Positions 1-6,390 of a stretch of DNA of 45,657 nucleotides are shown one piece after another. A program made the translations under genes and the position numbers. The notes under the pieces were generated by a model. The model worked only from the letters and a program-made list of their open reading frames with translations. It had not been told where the DNA came from and searched no databases. This DNA is from a virus. The DNA lies in the IMG/VR virus record IMGVR_UViG_3300045988_020044, positions 1 through 45,657 of that record; one strand, given 5' to 3'. The first letter of the stretch is position 1. Each line of letters opens with the position of its first letter.

Positions 1-55
1 CAGCCTCGTTTATGATTTTATTTTCTTTGGCAACAAAAGCATAAGCATAGTTATA
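1..55. repeat. 55-bp terminal direct repeat, identical to 45603-45657 (overlap of a circular or terminally redundant genome)
   Basis: The same 55-nt string cagcctcgtttatg...catagttata is read at both window ends. Confidence 0.95.
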
Positions 56-241
56 GGCTTGAATATATTGGCTGGACAATGACAACACATCGGAAACGAT
101 AACTTCATCTTCACTGTGCAATTTGGTAACCTGTGCAGTCGCTTTGATATAAGCCGAAGCAATATTATGTGCAGCCAATTCAGGATTCACAGTACGAATC
201 TTAGCAAGTTCACAGTGGCTTAATCCAAAATTGTCAAACAT
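1..241 (-). CDS. hypothetical protein, 81 aa; wraps the circular junction (stop TAG = rc of 45598-45600)
   Basis: ATG at 241 (rc). GGAGGA SD (rc of 249-254) lies 7 nt upstream. The frame is open to base 1 and continues through the repeated end. Not in the ORF track because it is cut by the window edge. Confidence 0.55.
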   Translation of the reverse strand, partial: MFDNFGLSHCELAKIRTVNPELAAHNIASAYIKATAQVTKLHSEDEVIVSDVLSLSSQYIQAYNYAYAFVAKENKIINEA

Positions 242-262
242 AGTAGCGTCCTCCTTTCCTCA

Positions 263-286
263 ATACTCAGCATGCCAGTGCCTGTA
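263..286 (-). promoter_or_regulatory. conserved 24-nt element, copy A (21/24 identical to 2509-2532), at the predicted +1/leader of the leftward transcript
   Basis: atactcagcatgccagtgcctgta here versus atactcggcatgtcggtgcctgta at 2509-2532. It contains GGCA-N6-TGC(C/T) dyad symmetry. Confidence 0.5.
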
Positions 287-291
287 CTTAC

Positions 292-320
292 AGGATAGGA
301 GAACAAATATAAAAAGTCAA
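292..320 (-). promoter_or_regulatory. sigma70-like promoter for the leftward ORF 1..241 (TTGACT-17-TATCCT)
   Basis: rc of 315-320 is TTGACT and rc of 292-297 is TATCCT, with a 17-nt spacer. The conserved element starts about 5 nt downstream of the -10. Confidence 0.45.
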
Positions 321-339
321 GGTAGGTAGGTGAAAACAG

Positions 340-627
340 TTGAACAGATACAAAAACAAAGTCGAAGAGTCCTTTGGAGAGCTTTGGAAATTTGTTCTGG
401 ATTTGCAATATGAGACAGACAAGATTAAAAAAGCTGTTCTGACAGGGGAAAAAGGCGACTTGAAGATGCCCGAAGAAATTCCAAGTGAACAGACAGATAA
501 CGAATATCTGAAAGAGCAGTTCGGAATATATTCACGATATGTGAAATCATTATCCATCTGCACACACGTTTTAGCAATTATCTCAATAATTTCTCTAATA
601 ATTGCAATAGTTGCTCTGATTGTATAG
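340..627 (+). CDS. hypothetical protein with C-terminal hydrophobic segment (95 aa, TTG start)
   Basis: ORF track. Charged N-terminal half, then VLAIISIISLIIAIVALIV. Overlaps 578..715(-) by 50 nt, so only one of the pair may be real. Confidence 0.35.
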   Translation: MNRYKNKVEESFGELWKFVLDLQYETDKIKKAVLTGEKGDLKMPEEIPSEQTDNEYLKEQFGIYSRYVKSLSICTHVLAIISIISLIIAIVALIV

Positions 628-715
628 AAATTGAAAAAATACCCGTTATCAGCGCAATGATGGACAGAACAGTTGTTATCCAAAATCTGGATATATCTTG
701 AAAATATGCTTTCAT
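578..715 (-). CDS. small hydrophobic peptide (45 aa, MKAYFQDISRFWITTVLSIIALITGIF...)
   Basis: Internal ATG of track ORF 578..808. Weak GGGTGAAG SD. One predicted TM segment. Confidence 0.25.
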   Translation of the reverse strand: MKAYFQDISRFWITTVLSIIALITGIFSISIQSEQLLQLLEKLLR

Positions 716-740
716 GGCGACTTCACCCGCTTGTGTGATT

Positions 741-890
741 TCATATGCGTGATCTTGCGATCTTGAGCGCATAAAGCATTTTTTTGTTGAAAAGGTATTT
801 GCAAGCATCTACTTCACGCTGATTACCAGGAGTAAATCCACAATTTCTTAAAGCTTTTTTCAATATTTTATATTGATATCTTGTTATCAA
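741..890 (-). CDS. small basic hypothetical protein (49 aa, TTG start)
   Basis: GGAGGTG SD (rc of 896-902) lies 5 nt before TTG (rc of 888-890). Hand translation: ITRYQYKILKKALRNCGFTPGNQREVDACKYLFNKKMLYALKIARSRI. Too short for the ORF track. Confidence 0.35.
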   Translation of the reverse strand: MITRYQYKILKKALRNCGFTPGNQREVDACKYLFNKKMLYALKIARSRI

Positions 891-891
891 A

Positions 892-928
892 TGAACACCT
901 CCTTTACAGGAGAGTATATCACAAGAAA
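892..928 (+). promoter_or_regulatory. putative early promoter with shared 17-nt motif GAGTATATCACAAGAAA (TGAACA-17-TATATC)
   Basis: The motif at 912-928 is repeated exactly at 1413-1429. -10 TATATC at 915-920, -35-like TGAACA at 892-897. Confidence 0.4.
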
Positions 929-940
929 AGAGGTGCGTAT

Positions 941-1093
941 ATGTCAGAAAAAGAAAAAAGAATCGTAGAAAAGCTGAAAGAAGCGATTCCTAATATGTCA
1001 GAGTTTGACAAGGGATACATTCTCGGTAAGACGGAAAGTTTTTCTGAGAATAAGCCAGATGATTCTGATAAGGCACAGAAAGAAAGTTCTTAA
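941..1093 (+). CDS. hypothetical acidic protein (50 aa)
   Basis: ATG 941 follows an AGAGGTG SD. Internal start of track ORF 881..1093. Confidence 0.5.
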   Translation: MSEKEKRIVEKLKEAIPNMSEFDKGYILGKTESFSENKPDDSDKAQKESS

Positions 1094-1111
1094 CATGGAG
1101 GTGAAAACAAA

Positions 1112-1207
1112 TTGAAAAACAGAATCACATTTTGGATTCTTTGCTTTGTGCTTTCGGCTACCTGTGGAGTACTCGGAAGCCTACTCGCACAGTGGATGCT
1201 AAAGTAA
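1112..1207 (+). CDS. small single-TM peptide (31 aa, TTG start)
   Basis: GGAGGTG SD at 1097-1103. Hand translation: KNRITFWILCFVLSATCGVLGSLLAQWMLK. The 3' end overlaps 1199..1387(-) by 9 nt. Confidence 0.4.
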   Translation: MKNRITFWILCFVLSATCGVLGSLLAQWMLK

Positions 1208-1387
1208 CATCTGAGTGATTACAGTAGCCAGGAATCCAGTAAATCCGCCAACAACAGCACTAAATAAAGCTACTCGGAAATCATGCCGCCATTGCTGTTT
1301 CCGTAATTCTTTTTCTTTAGCTTCTTTTATTTGCTGTTCAAGGACGCTGTGCGGAACTATGGAGCCGTTTGCCATATTCGGTTTCAT
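1199..1387 (-). CDS. small C-terminal-TM protein (62 aa)
   Basis: ATG at 1387 follows a GGAGGTG SD (rc of about 1396-1402). Sequence MKPNMANGS...FSAVVGGFTGFLATVITQMLL. Confidence 0.5.
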   Translation of the reverse strand: MKPNMANGSIVPHSVLEQQIKEAKEKELRKQQWRHDFRVALFSAVVGGFTGFLATVITQMLL

Positions 1388-1391
1388 ATTA

Positions 1392-1429
1392 TTATCACCT
1401 CCCATCTATAGGGAGTATATCACAAGAAA
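1392..1429 (+). promoter_or_regulatory. putative early promoter, second copy of GAGTATATCACAAGAAA (TTATCA-18-TATATC)
   Basis: Motif at 1413-1429, -10 at 1416-1421, -35-like at 1392-1397. It has the same geometry next to a divergent cacctcc (rc SD) as the copy at 892-928. Confidence 0.4.
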
Positions 1430-1437
1430 GGATACTA

Positions 1438-2145
1438 ATGAACAAATTACAGATTTTTAATTCAGAAGAGTTCGGAGATATCCGAACAGTAACTATTGAA
1501 AACGAACCTTGGTTTGTTGGTAAGGATGTAGCAGAAGCACTGGGGTACGGAAATTCAAGAGATGCACTGGCAGCTCATATCGACGATGAAGATAAGACTA
1601 TCATTCAAAAGTCGGATTTTCCGACATTAGAAATTCCTAATAGAGGAATAGTAGTTATTAACGAATCGGGTCTTTACAGCCTTATTCTTTCCAGTAAGCT
1701 TCCTAATGCCAAGAGATTCAAACACTGGGTAACAAGTGAAGTCCTTCCGACAATCCGAAAGACAGGTTCATACCAGAAGCCACTGACGACAGTTGAACAG
1801 ATACAGGTTATTGCGACAGGATTCTTAGATCACGAAGAGCGGCTTAACAGACTTGAAAATACCATGACTATTGACTACGCACAGCAGGAATCTATTAGAG
1901 ACTTAGTGTCAAGTGTCGTAATTGCTCACCTTGGTGGGAAAGAGTCAAATGCTTACAAGGAAATTGGCAAGAAAGTATTTGCTGAATGCAACAGGGATAT
2001 AAAGATTTACTTCGCAGTAAACGCCCGTAATAACATCCCTAAGCTGAGATTTGAAGAAGCTATGGAATATGTTAAGAACTGGCATCCATGTACAAATACA
2101 GTAATGTGCATCAGGGACTGCAATGCTCAAATGTGTATTGAGTAG
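1438..2145 (+). CDS. phage antirepressor (Bro-N domain plus ORF6C-like C-terminal domain)
   Basis: N-terminus LQIFNSEEFGDIRTVTIENEPWFVGKDVAEALGY matches the Bro-N pattern. C-terminus ...KEIGKKVFAECNRDIKIYF...AMEYVKNW is ORF6C-like. Confidence 0.85.
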   Translation: MNKLQIFNSEEFGDIRTVTIENEPWFVGKDVAEALGYGNSRDALAAHIDDEDKTIIQKSDFPTLEIPNRGIVVINESGLYSLILSSKLPNAKRFKHWVTSEVLPTIRKTGSYQKPLTTVEQIQVIATGFLDHEERLNRLENTMTIDYAQQESIRDLVSSVVIAHLGGKESNAYKEIGKKVFAECNRDIKIYFAVNARNNIPKLRFEEAMEYVKNWHPCTNTVMCIRDCNAQMCIE

Positions 2146-2157
2146 AAAGGAGCGTAA

Positions 2158-2478
2158 ATGGACGCATTACAATTTAATAAAGCCGTCAGCCAGCACTGCA
2201 AAGAATCTGGTGGAGACTGTTGCAAATGTGACCTACGGCTTTACTGTTACCTATCGCCAAGTGAGCGACCAGATGAGTTAGTGAGTTTGGTTATTGATTT
2301 TTTGCATAACCACATTGAAAACCATGGTCATTATACCCATCACAGTGCGGCTTCATTTCCGTGTATTGATGATATGGACATGAGCACCGCAGTAGGCGGC
2401 GACCGCTATCAGAAACCTCATACTCTTCATAAACAGTCACGTGTTTGTGAATCTTGTGGCAATGATACAGTCGTGTAA
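2158..2478 (+). CDS. Cys-rich hypothetical protein (106 aa)
   Basis: Strong AAAGGAG SD. The N-terminal half looks protein-like. The C-terminal 188 nt overlap antisense to 2291..2491(-). Confidence 0.45.
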   Translation: MDALQFNKAVSQHCKESGGDCCKCDLRLYCYLSPSERPDELVSLVIDFLHNHIENHGHYTHHSAASFPCIDDMDMSTAVGGDRYQKPHTLHKQSRVCESCGNDTVV

Positions 2479-2491
2479 TTGTTTCAACCAT
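2291..2491 (-). CDS. Cys/His-rich hypothetical protein (66 aa)
   Basis: ATG 2491 with an AAAGGGGA SD. It has its own promoter and the same conserved leader element as the leftward ORF 1..241. Confidence 0.45.
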   Translation of the reverse strand: MVETITRLYHCHKIHKHVTVYEEYEVSDSGRRLLRCSCPYHQYTEMKPHCDGYNDHGFQCGYAKNQ

Positions 2492-2508
2492 ATAATTCCC
2501 CTTTCGTT

Positions 2509-2532
2509 ATACTCGGCATGTCGGTGCCTGTA
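2509..2532 (-). promoter_or_regulatory. conserved 24-nt element, copy B
   Basis: 21/24 identical to 263-286 and in the same position relative to the upstream promoter and downstream SD. Confidence 0.5.
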
Positions 2533-2537
2533 AATGC

Positions 2538-2566
2538 ATTATAGGTAGAGGGAAAAGGAAATACAA
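2538..2566 (-). promoter_or_regulatory. sigma70-like promoter for leftward ORF 2291..2491 (TTGTAT-17-TATAAT)
   Basis: rc of 2561-2566 is TTGTAT and rc of 2538-2543 is TATAAT. Confidence 0.5.
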
Positions 2567-2621
2567 TAGGTTGAATAAAAATCGCATTAAGAGATAAAAG
2601 CAAAGCAAGGAGGTGAAAAAT

Positions 2622-2711
2622 ATGAAACGCCATCCAATTATGGAATATGTGATTCCAGCAATTGTGGCAAGTGCGGCAACAGTTTTAATCCGTTTAGTGC
2701 TAGGGTGGTAA
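2622..2711 (+). CDS. small single-TM peptide (29 aa)
   Basis: Perfect AAGGAGGTGA SD at 2608-2617. Sequence MKRHPIMEYVIPAIVASAATVLIRLVLGW. Confidence 0.45.
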   Translation: MKRHPIMEYVIPAIVASAATVLIRLVLGW

Positions 2712-2741
2712 GAATGAAGCAATAATGAAAGGAGTAAATAT

Positions 2742-3071
2742 ATGAGCGAAGTTGACACTTACATAAAAGAAAATGCACAGGTTCATCAGTTTGCCGCAGA
2801 AGTGGCAAGAATCATATCAGGTATCCCACAGATGCCAGAGTTCTCAAATGAACGTTTGACAGTATCAGACGTGAGCAAAATGACAGGCATTCCTACACCA
2901 TCTGTCAGAGCAGGAATCATCTATGGATGGCTACCTATCGGCACGGCGTATCGTGGGAACAAAGTGATTCACGACAGAAAAGGTTCTGGCAGAATAGAAT
3001 TTGTTATCTCTCCAAGAAAGCTCTGGGAAGAGACAGGATATATCTGGAGAGGAAAAGAAGCATTAAAGTGA
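2742..3071 (+). CDS. HTH DNA-binding protein, excisionase/MerR-like (possible Xis)
   Basis: LTVSDVSKMTGIPTPSVRAGIIYGWLP resembles excisionase-type HTHs. No search was run. Confidence 0.5.
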   Translation: MSEVDTYIKENAQVHQFAAEVARIISGIPQMPEFSNERLTVSDVSKMTGIPTPSVRAGIIYGWLPIGTAYRGNKVIHDRKGSGRIEFVISPRKLWEETGYIWRGKEALK

Positions 3072-3209
3072 TAGTGCCCCGGAGGGAGTCGACATCTCCG
3101 CCCCGGAGCTTTACACCCACTAAAGCACCTTAGTGGATAGATACATTATAGTTCTCTATCTGCTAATTGTAAAGACAAATAATTACGAATAAGGAGAAAT
3201 TAGTTAGAT

Positions 3210-3386
3210 ATGAGCGAGATTAGAAACGAAAATCAGCCAACATGGACTGATATCGAAGTAGCGCTTGCGACTGAAATTGTCGAAAAAAGTAAGAAGAAAT
3301 CAAGAAAATGGTTCACTGCATGGATTGTGACCGCAGCCGCACTGGTAGCGAGCAACCTTGCGTGGATTATAGGAGAAATGAAATGA
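3210..3386 (+). CDS. small TM protein (58 aa)
   Basis: Hand-read ORF MSEIRNENQPTW...KWFTAWIVTAAALVASNLAWIIGEMK. ATGA overlap with the next ORF. Confidence 0.45.
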   Translation: MSEIRNENQPTWTDIEVALATEIVEKSKKKSRKWFTAWIVTAAALVASNLAWIIGEMK

Positions 3387-3514
3387 AAGAGTATGCGCTG
3401 ATTGCTGTTTGTATGCTTGCCGGGAAATATGTTGATGTGCCTATCTGGCTGAACATCTTTTTTGGCATCTCGGCAGCATGGGCAGTACGCCAAATGAAAG
3501 CAGACTGGCAGTAG
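3383..3514 (+). CDS. small 2-TM peptide (43 aa)
   Basis: AGGAGA SD. Sequence MKEYALIAVCMLAGKYVDVPIWLNIFFGISAAWAVRQMKADWQ. Confidence 0.45.
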   Translation: MKEYALIAVCMLAGKYVDVPIWLNIFFGISAAWAVRQMKADWQ

Positions 3515-3534
3515 GAAATAAGGAGGATAAGAAG

Positions 3535-3816
3535 ATGTTTGAGAAAGAGATTGATGAAATTTACGAACTCTGTAAAAGAGTTGTGAACGAAGTTCCGGCA
3601 GCAAATGTCGAATTCAGTTATTCGATTTATGGCATGAGAGTATGTGGGCTTAAAAGAAAAGAAGATGTTTGCCTTCCAAAAGACGTGTTTAAGTGGGATT
3701 TGTACCAAAATGTATCTTTCAACCCATTTTATGAGAATGCAAGCCGCGAAAGTCTCAGAATAATCAAAGCTTTCTTGTTGGAACTTCTGATAGATGGGAA
3801 GTGTCCGAATGAGTAA
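3535..3816 (+). CDS. hypothetical protein (93 aa)
   Basis: AAGGAGGA SD followed by ATG 3535. Confidence 0.6.
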   Translation: MFEKEIDEIYELCKRVVNEVPAANVEFSYSIYGMRVCGLKRKEDVCLPKDVFKWDLYQNVSFNPFYENASRESLRIIKAFLLELLIDGKCPNE

Positions 3817-4033
3817 ACAGATAGCGATTATGAAACTTCTTCCCAGTCTGGAGATAGCAGGATGTATTAATGAGCTGCTCAGAGAGCTTCAGTCCAGAGG
3901 TGATTACATTCTGGATTATGAAAACTGTGATATGTCTCTGGATCATGTGGAGTACCACAAGGCTGAAGATATCGACGGAGAGAAGTTTGGAGACGCTTCA
4001 GACAACCTGTACTGCTTTTTCAAGGCGGTGTGA
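3809..4033 (+). CDS. hypothetical protein (74 aa)
   Basis: ORF track; the start overlaps the previous stop. Confidence 0.5.
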   Translation: MSKQIAIMKLLPSLEIAGCINELLRELQSRGDYILDYENCDMSLDHVEYHKAEDIDGEKFGDASDNLYCFFKAV

Positions 4034-4035
4034 AC

Positions 4036-4203
4036 ATGGATGAGAGGATTAATGAGGTTCTGAGATTGATTGATATACAGCTTGCCACAGTCCCGGATAA
4101 CCCCATTGAAGAATCATATAAGGCAAGAACATTGGCAAGCTACGTACAGGCTCTAAATGGGCTTTTAGTGGCTCAGAAATCATATAAGGAGGAACAAAAA
4201 TGA
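4036..4203 (+). CDS. hypothetical protein (55 aa)
   Basis: Hand-read ORF MDERINEVLRLIDIQL...; ATGA overlap with the next gene. Confidence 0.45.
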   Translation: MDERINEVLRLIDIQLATVPDNPIEESYKARTLASYVQALNGLLVAQKSYKEEQK

Positions 4204-4400
4204 CTGAATTTGAAATCCATATACCGGCACGTAAAAAGGCAGTAGTGTCAGAACGAGACATGGCGGTAAAAGTGACCGGGGAAGCGTATAATGCTTTGAC
4301 AGAAATTTACAATGAAAGCACTTTATCAATGCGCCAGATCGCAAGTCTTCTGATTGTAGAAGGTAGCAAACATATCGTATACGACAAAGCGGAGGTGTGA
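4200..4400 (+). CDS. hypothetical protein (66 aa)
   Basis: ORF track with an AAGGAGGA SD. Confidence 0.55.
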   Translation: MTEFEIHIPARKKAVVSERDMAVKVTGEAYNALTEIYNESTLSMRQIASLLIVEGSKHIVYDKAEV

Positions 4401-4403
4401 GCT

Positions 4404-5045
4404 ATGGCAAACTTAATTGGAATCATGGGTGAACCCGGAAGTGGTAAAAGTACATCCCTTCGCAATCTCAATTCAGGAGAAACTTATTACTGTGATTGCG
4501 ATGGAAAAGGTCTGAATTGGAAAGGGTGGAGAGATCAGTATTCCACTGATAAGAACAATTATGTAAAGACCAGTTTTCCGCAGACTATAGTCAAATATCT
4601 TTTAAACATTGCAGAAAAAGCACCGCATATCCATTATTTCGTTGTTGATACCGTAAATAACTTAATGGTATCGGACGAAATGAGGAGATGCAAAGAGAAA
4701 GGCTATGACAAGTGGATGGACCTCGCCTCGAGCATCTGGGACTTGGTAGATATTCCGTCAAAGCTCAGAGATGATCTGACAGTGATCCTGCTGTTCCACA
4801 CGCAAACAGAAATGACTGACGCAGGCTATGAGTTTACCAGAATCAAAACCAATGGAAGAAAGACTGAGAAAAACAACATCGACAGTAAGTTCAACTGGTT
4901 GCTCAGATCAATGAAGCAGGAGAATACCTATTGTTTTTCAACCACTTCTCATAATGACACTGCAAGAACGCCACTGGGAGCATTTGAAGAGGAATATATT
5001 CTGAATGATATTGTGAAGGTCATTGAAGTTATGAAGGAGTTTTGA
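4404..5045 (+). CDS. P-loop ATPase, AAA_24/Sak4-like recombination protein
   Basis: Walker A GEPGSGKST and Walker B-like YFVVDTV. Size and position next to a DUF669-like gene fit this family. Confidence 0.7.
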   Translation: MANLIGIMGEPGSGKSTSLRNLNSGETYYCDCDGKGLNWKGWRDQYSTDKNNYVKTSFPQTIVKYLLNIAEKAPHIHYFVVDTVNNLMVSDEMRRCKEKGYDKWMDLASSIWDLVDIPSKLRDDLTVILLFHTQTEMTDAGYEFTRIKTNGRKTEKNNIDSKFNWLLRSMKQENTYCFSTTSHNDTARTPLGAFEEEYILNDIVKVIEVMKEF

Positions 5046-5242
5046 TGAGAGAACAAAACTGGTATGTATTTTTAATAGGCCGATACGCCTATCGGATAAG
5101 ATGTGAATCGTATTATATTCATCAATTATACCATGACAAAGCAATTCGTGGGTACAGGAAATGTTCAAGCAAAGAAGAAGCTATTTCTATGTGCTATGAC
5201 TATAACAAATATTTAAAAGGAGATAAAAAACATGGCAATTAA
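5042..5242 (+). CDS. hypothetical protein (66 aa)
   Basis: ORF track; overlaps its neighbours in operon style. Confidence 0.45.
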   Translation: MMREQNWYVFLIGRYAYRIRCESYYIHQLYHDKAIRGYRKCSSKEEAISMCYDYNKYLKGDKKHGN

Positions 5243-5822
5243 AAGATTTGGAGATTATGAAAAAACACAGGCTTATGGAGATTACGAAGTGCTTCCAAAA
5301 GGTGGCTATGTTGTAAAGATTCTTGGAGCCGAAGTTTGTAACAACAGTGTAGGCCAGTACGTAAAAATCAGTTGCGATATTGCAGAAGGCGAATATGCGG
5401 GCTTCTATGCAAAAGAATATAAAGCTCAGCAGAGCGAGGATAAGAAATGGCACTGCAATTATCTTCTGAATATTCCGAATGACGACGGATCAGAGAAAGA
5501 TAACTGGACAAAGAGACGCTTTAAAACATTTACAGAAGCTCTTGAAGAATCCAATCCGGGATACCACTTTGACTGGGATGAGCAGAAATTCAAAGGTAAG
5601 ATTGCCGGCGGTCTTTTTAATGAAAGAGAATACGAAAAGAATGACGGAAGCATTGGAAGAGCTACCAATCTGGCATCCTTCTGTAAAGTCGATAAAATTC
5701 GCTCCGGTGATTACAAACTTCCAAAAGACAAAATCTTAAGTAGCAATAATTCTTCACGCACTAATTCAGATGATTTTATGAGTGTTCCAGACGGTGCAGA
5801 TGAGGAGATGCCATTCAACTAA
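5232..5822 (+). CDS. DUF669-like protein (putative ssDNA-binding partner of Sak4)
   Basis: The pattern LPKGGYVVKILGAEV...YVKISCDIAEGEYAG resembles DUF669, and synteny agrees. Confidence 0.5.
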   Translation: MAIKRFGDYEKTQAYGDYEVLPKGGYVVKILGAEVCNNSVGQYVKISCDIAEGEYAGFYAKEYKAQQSEDKKWHCNYLLNIPNDDGSEKDNWTKRRFKTFTEALEESNPGYHFDWDEQKFKGKIAGGLFNEREYEKNDGSIGRATNLASFCKVDKIRSGDYKLPKDKILSSNNSSRTNSDDFMSVPDGADEEMPFN

Positions 5823-6385
5823 TGGATATTTTTGATCAAAAAGAAGTCTTAAAGTCTTTCCAGATTCTTATTGATTCCAGAGAACAAGCGACCGAACGAG
5901 CGGAGAAGCGGTATAAATCCTTTTCCGCTCCATATAGTCGAGCAACATTGGATTATGGTGATTATACCTATAATGCAGTGTTGCCAGATGGTAGTTCACT
6001 TTTTGACACATGTGAAACCATTAAACCATTCTGCGTGGTGGAACGGAAAATGAATTTAGATGAGTTAGCCGCATGCTTTACCAGAGGGCGTGAGAGATTC
6101 AAAAGAGAGTTTGAACGAGCATTAGATCAGCAGTGTAGGATTTACCTCATCTGTGAAAATTCGAGCTGGGAAAACCTTTTGAACGGTAAATATCGAAGCA
6201 AATTCAATCCCAATGCGTTTTTAGCTTCCAGTGTTGCATGGATGGTCCGATACAACATGAATGTGGTTTTTTGTAAAGAGGAAACATCTGGAAGACTGAT
6301 AAAAGAAATTTTATACAGAGATTTAAAAGAAAGACTTGAAAGGGGTGAGTTTGATGGTTGTAAATTCGATTCAACTCACAGGTGA
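5822..6385 (+). CDS. ERCC4/XPF-Mus81-type nuclease (putative junction resolvase)
   Basis: Motifs LIDSRE, DYGDY and VVERKmnlDEL. Confidence 0.65.
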   Translation: MDIFDQKEVLKSFQILIDSREQATERAEKRYKSFSAPYSRATLDYGDYTYNAVLPDGSSLFDTCETIKPFCVVERKMNLDELAACFTRGRERFKREFERALDQQCRIYLICENSSWENLLNGKYRSKFNPNAFLASSVAWMVRYNMNVVFCKEETSGRLIKEILYRDLKERLERGEFDGCKFDSTHR

Positions 6386-6390
6386 TAGCA

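Noticed and set aside
263-286. Sigma-54 promoter resemblance of the conserved element (minus strand GGCAC-N5-ATGC)
   Set aside because: The GG-to-GC spacing is 11 nt rather than the required 12, and TTGC is replaced by ATGC. Separate sigma70-like promoters sit just upstream in both copies.
2507-2758. Track ORF 2507..2758(-) (83 aa)
   Set aside because: It runs through the promoter/leader element and is antisense to a perfectly SD-led 29-aa ORF and to the start of gene 2742. It has no SD.
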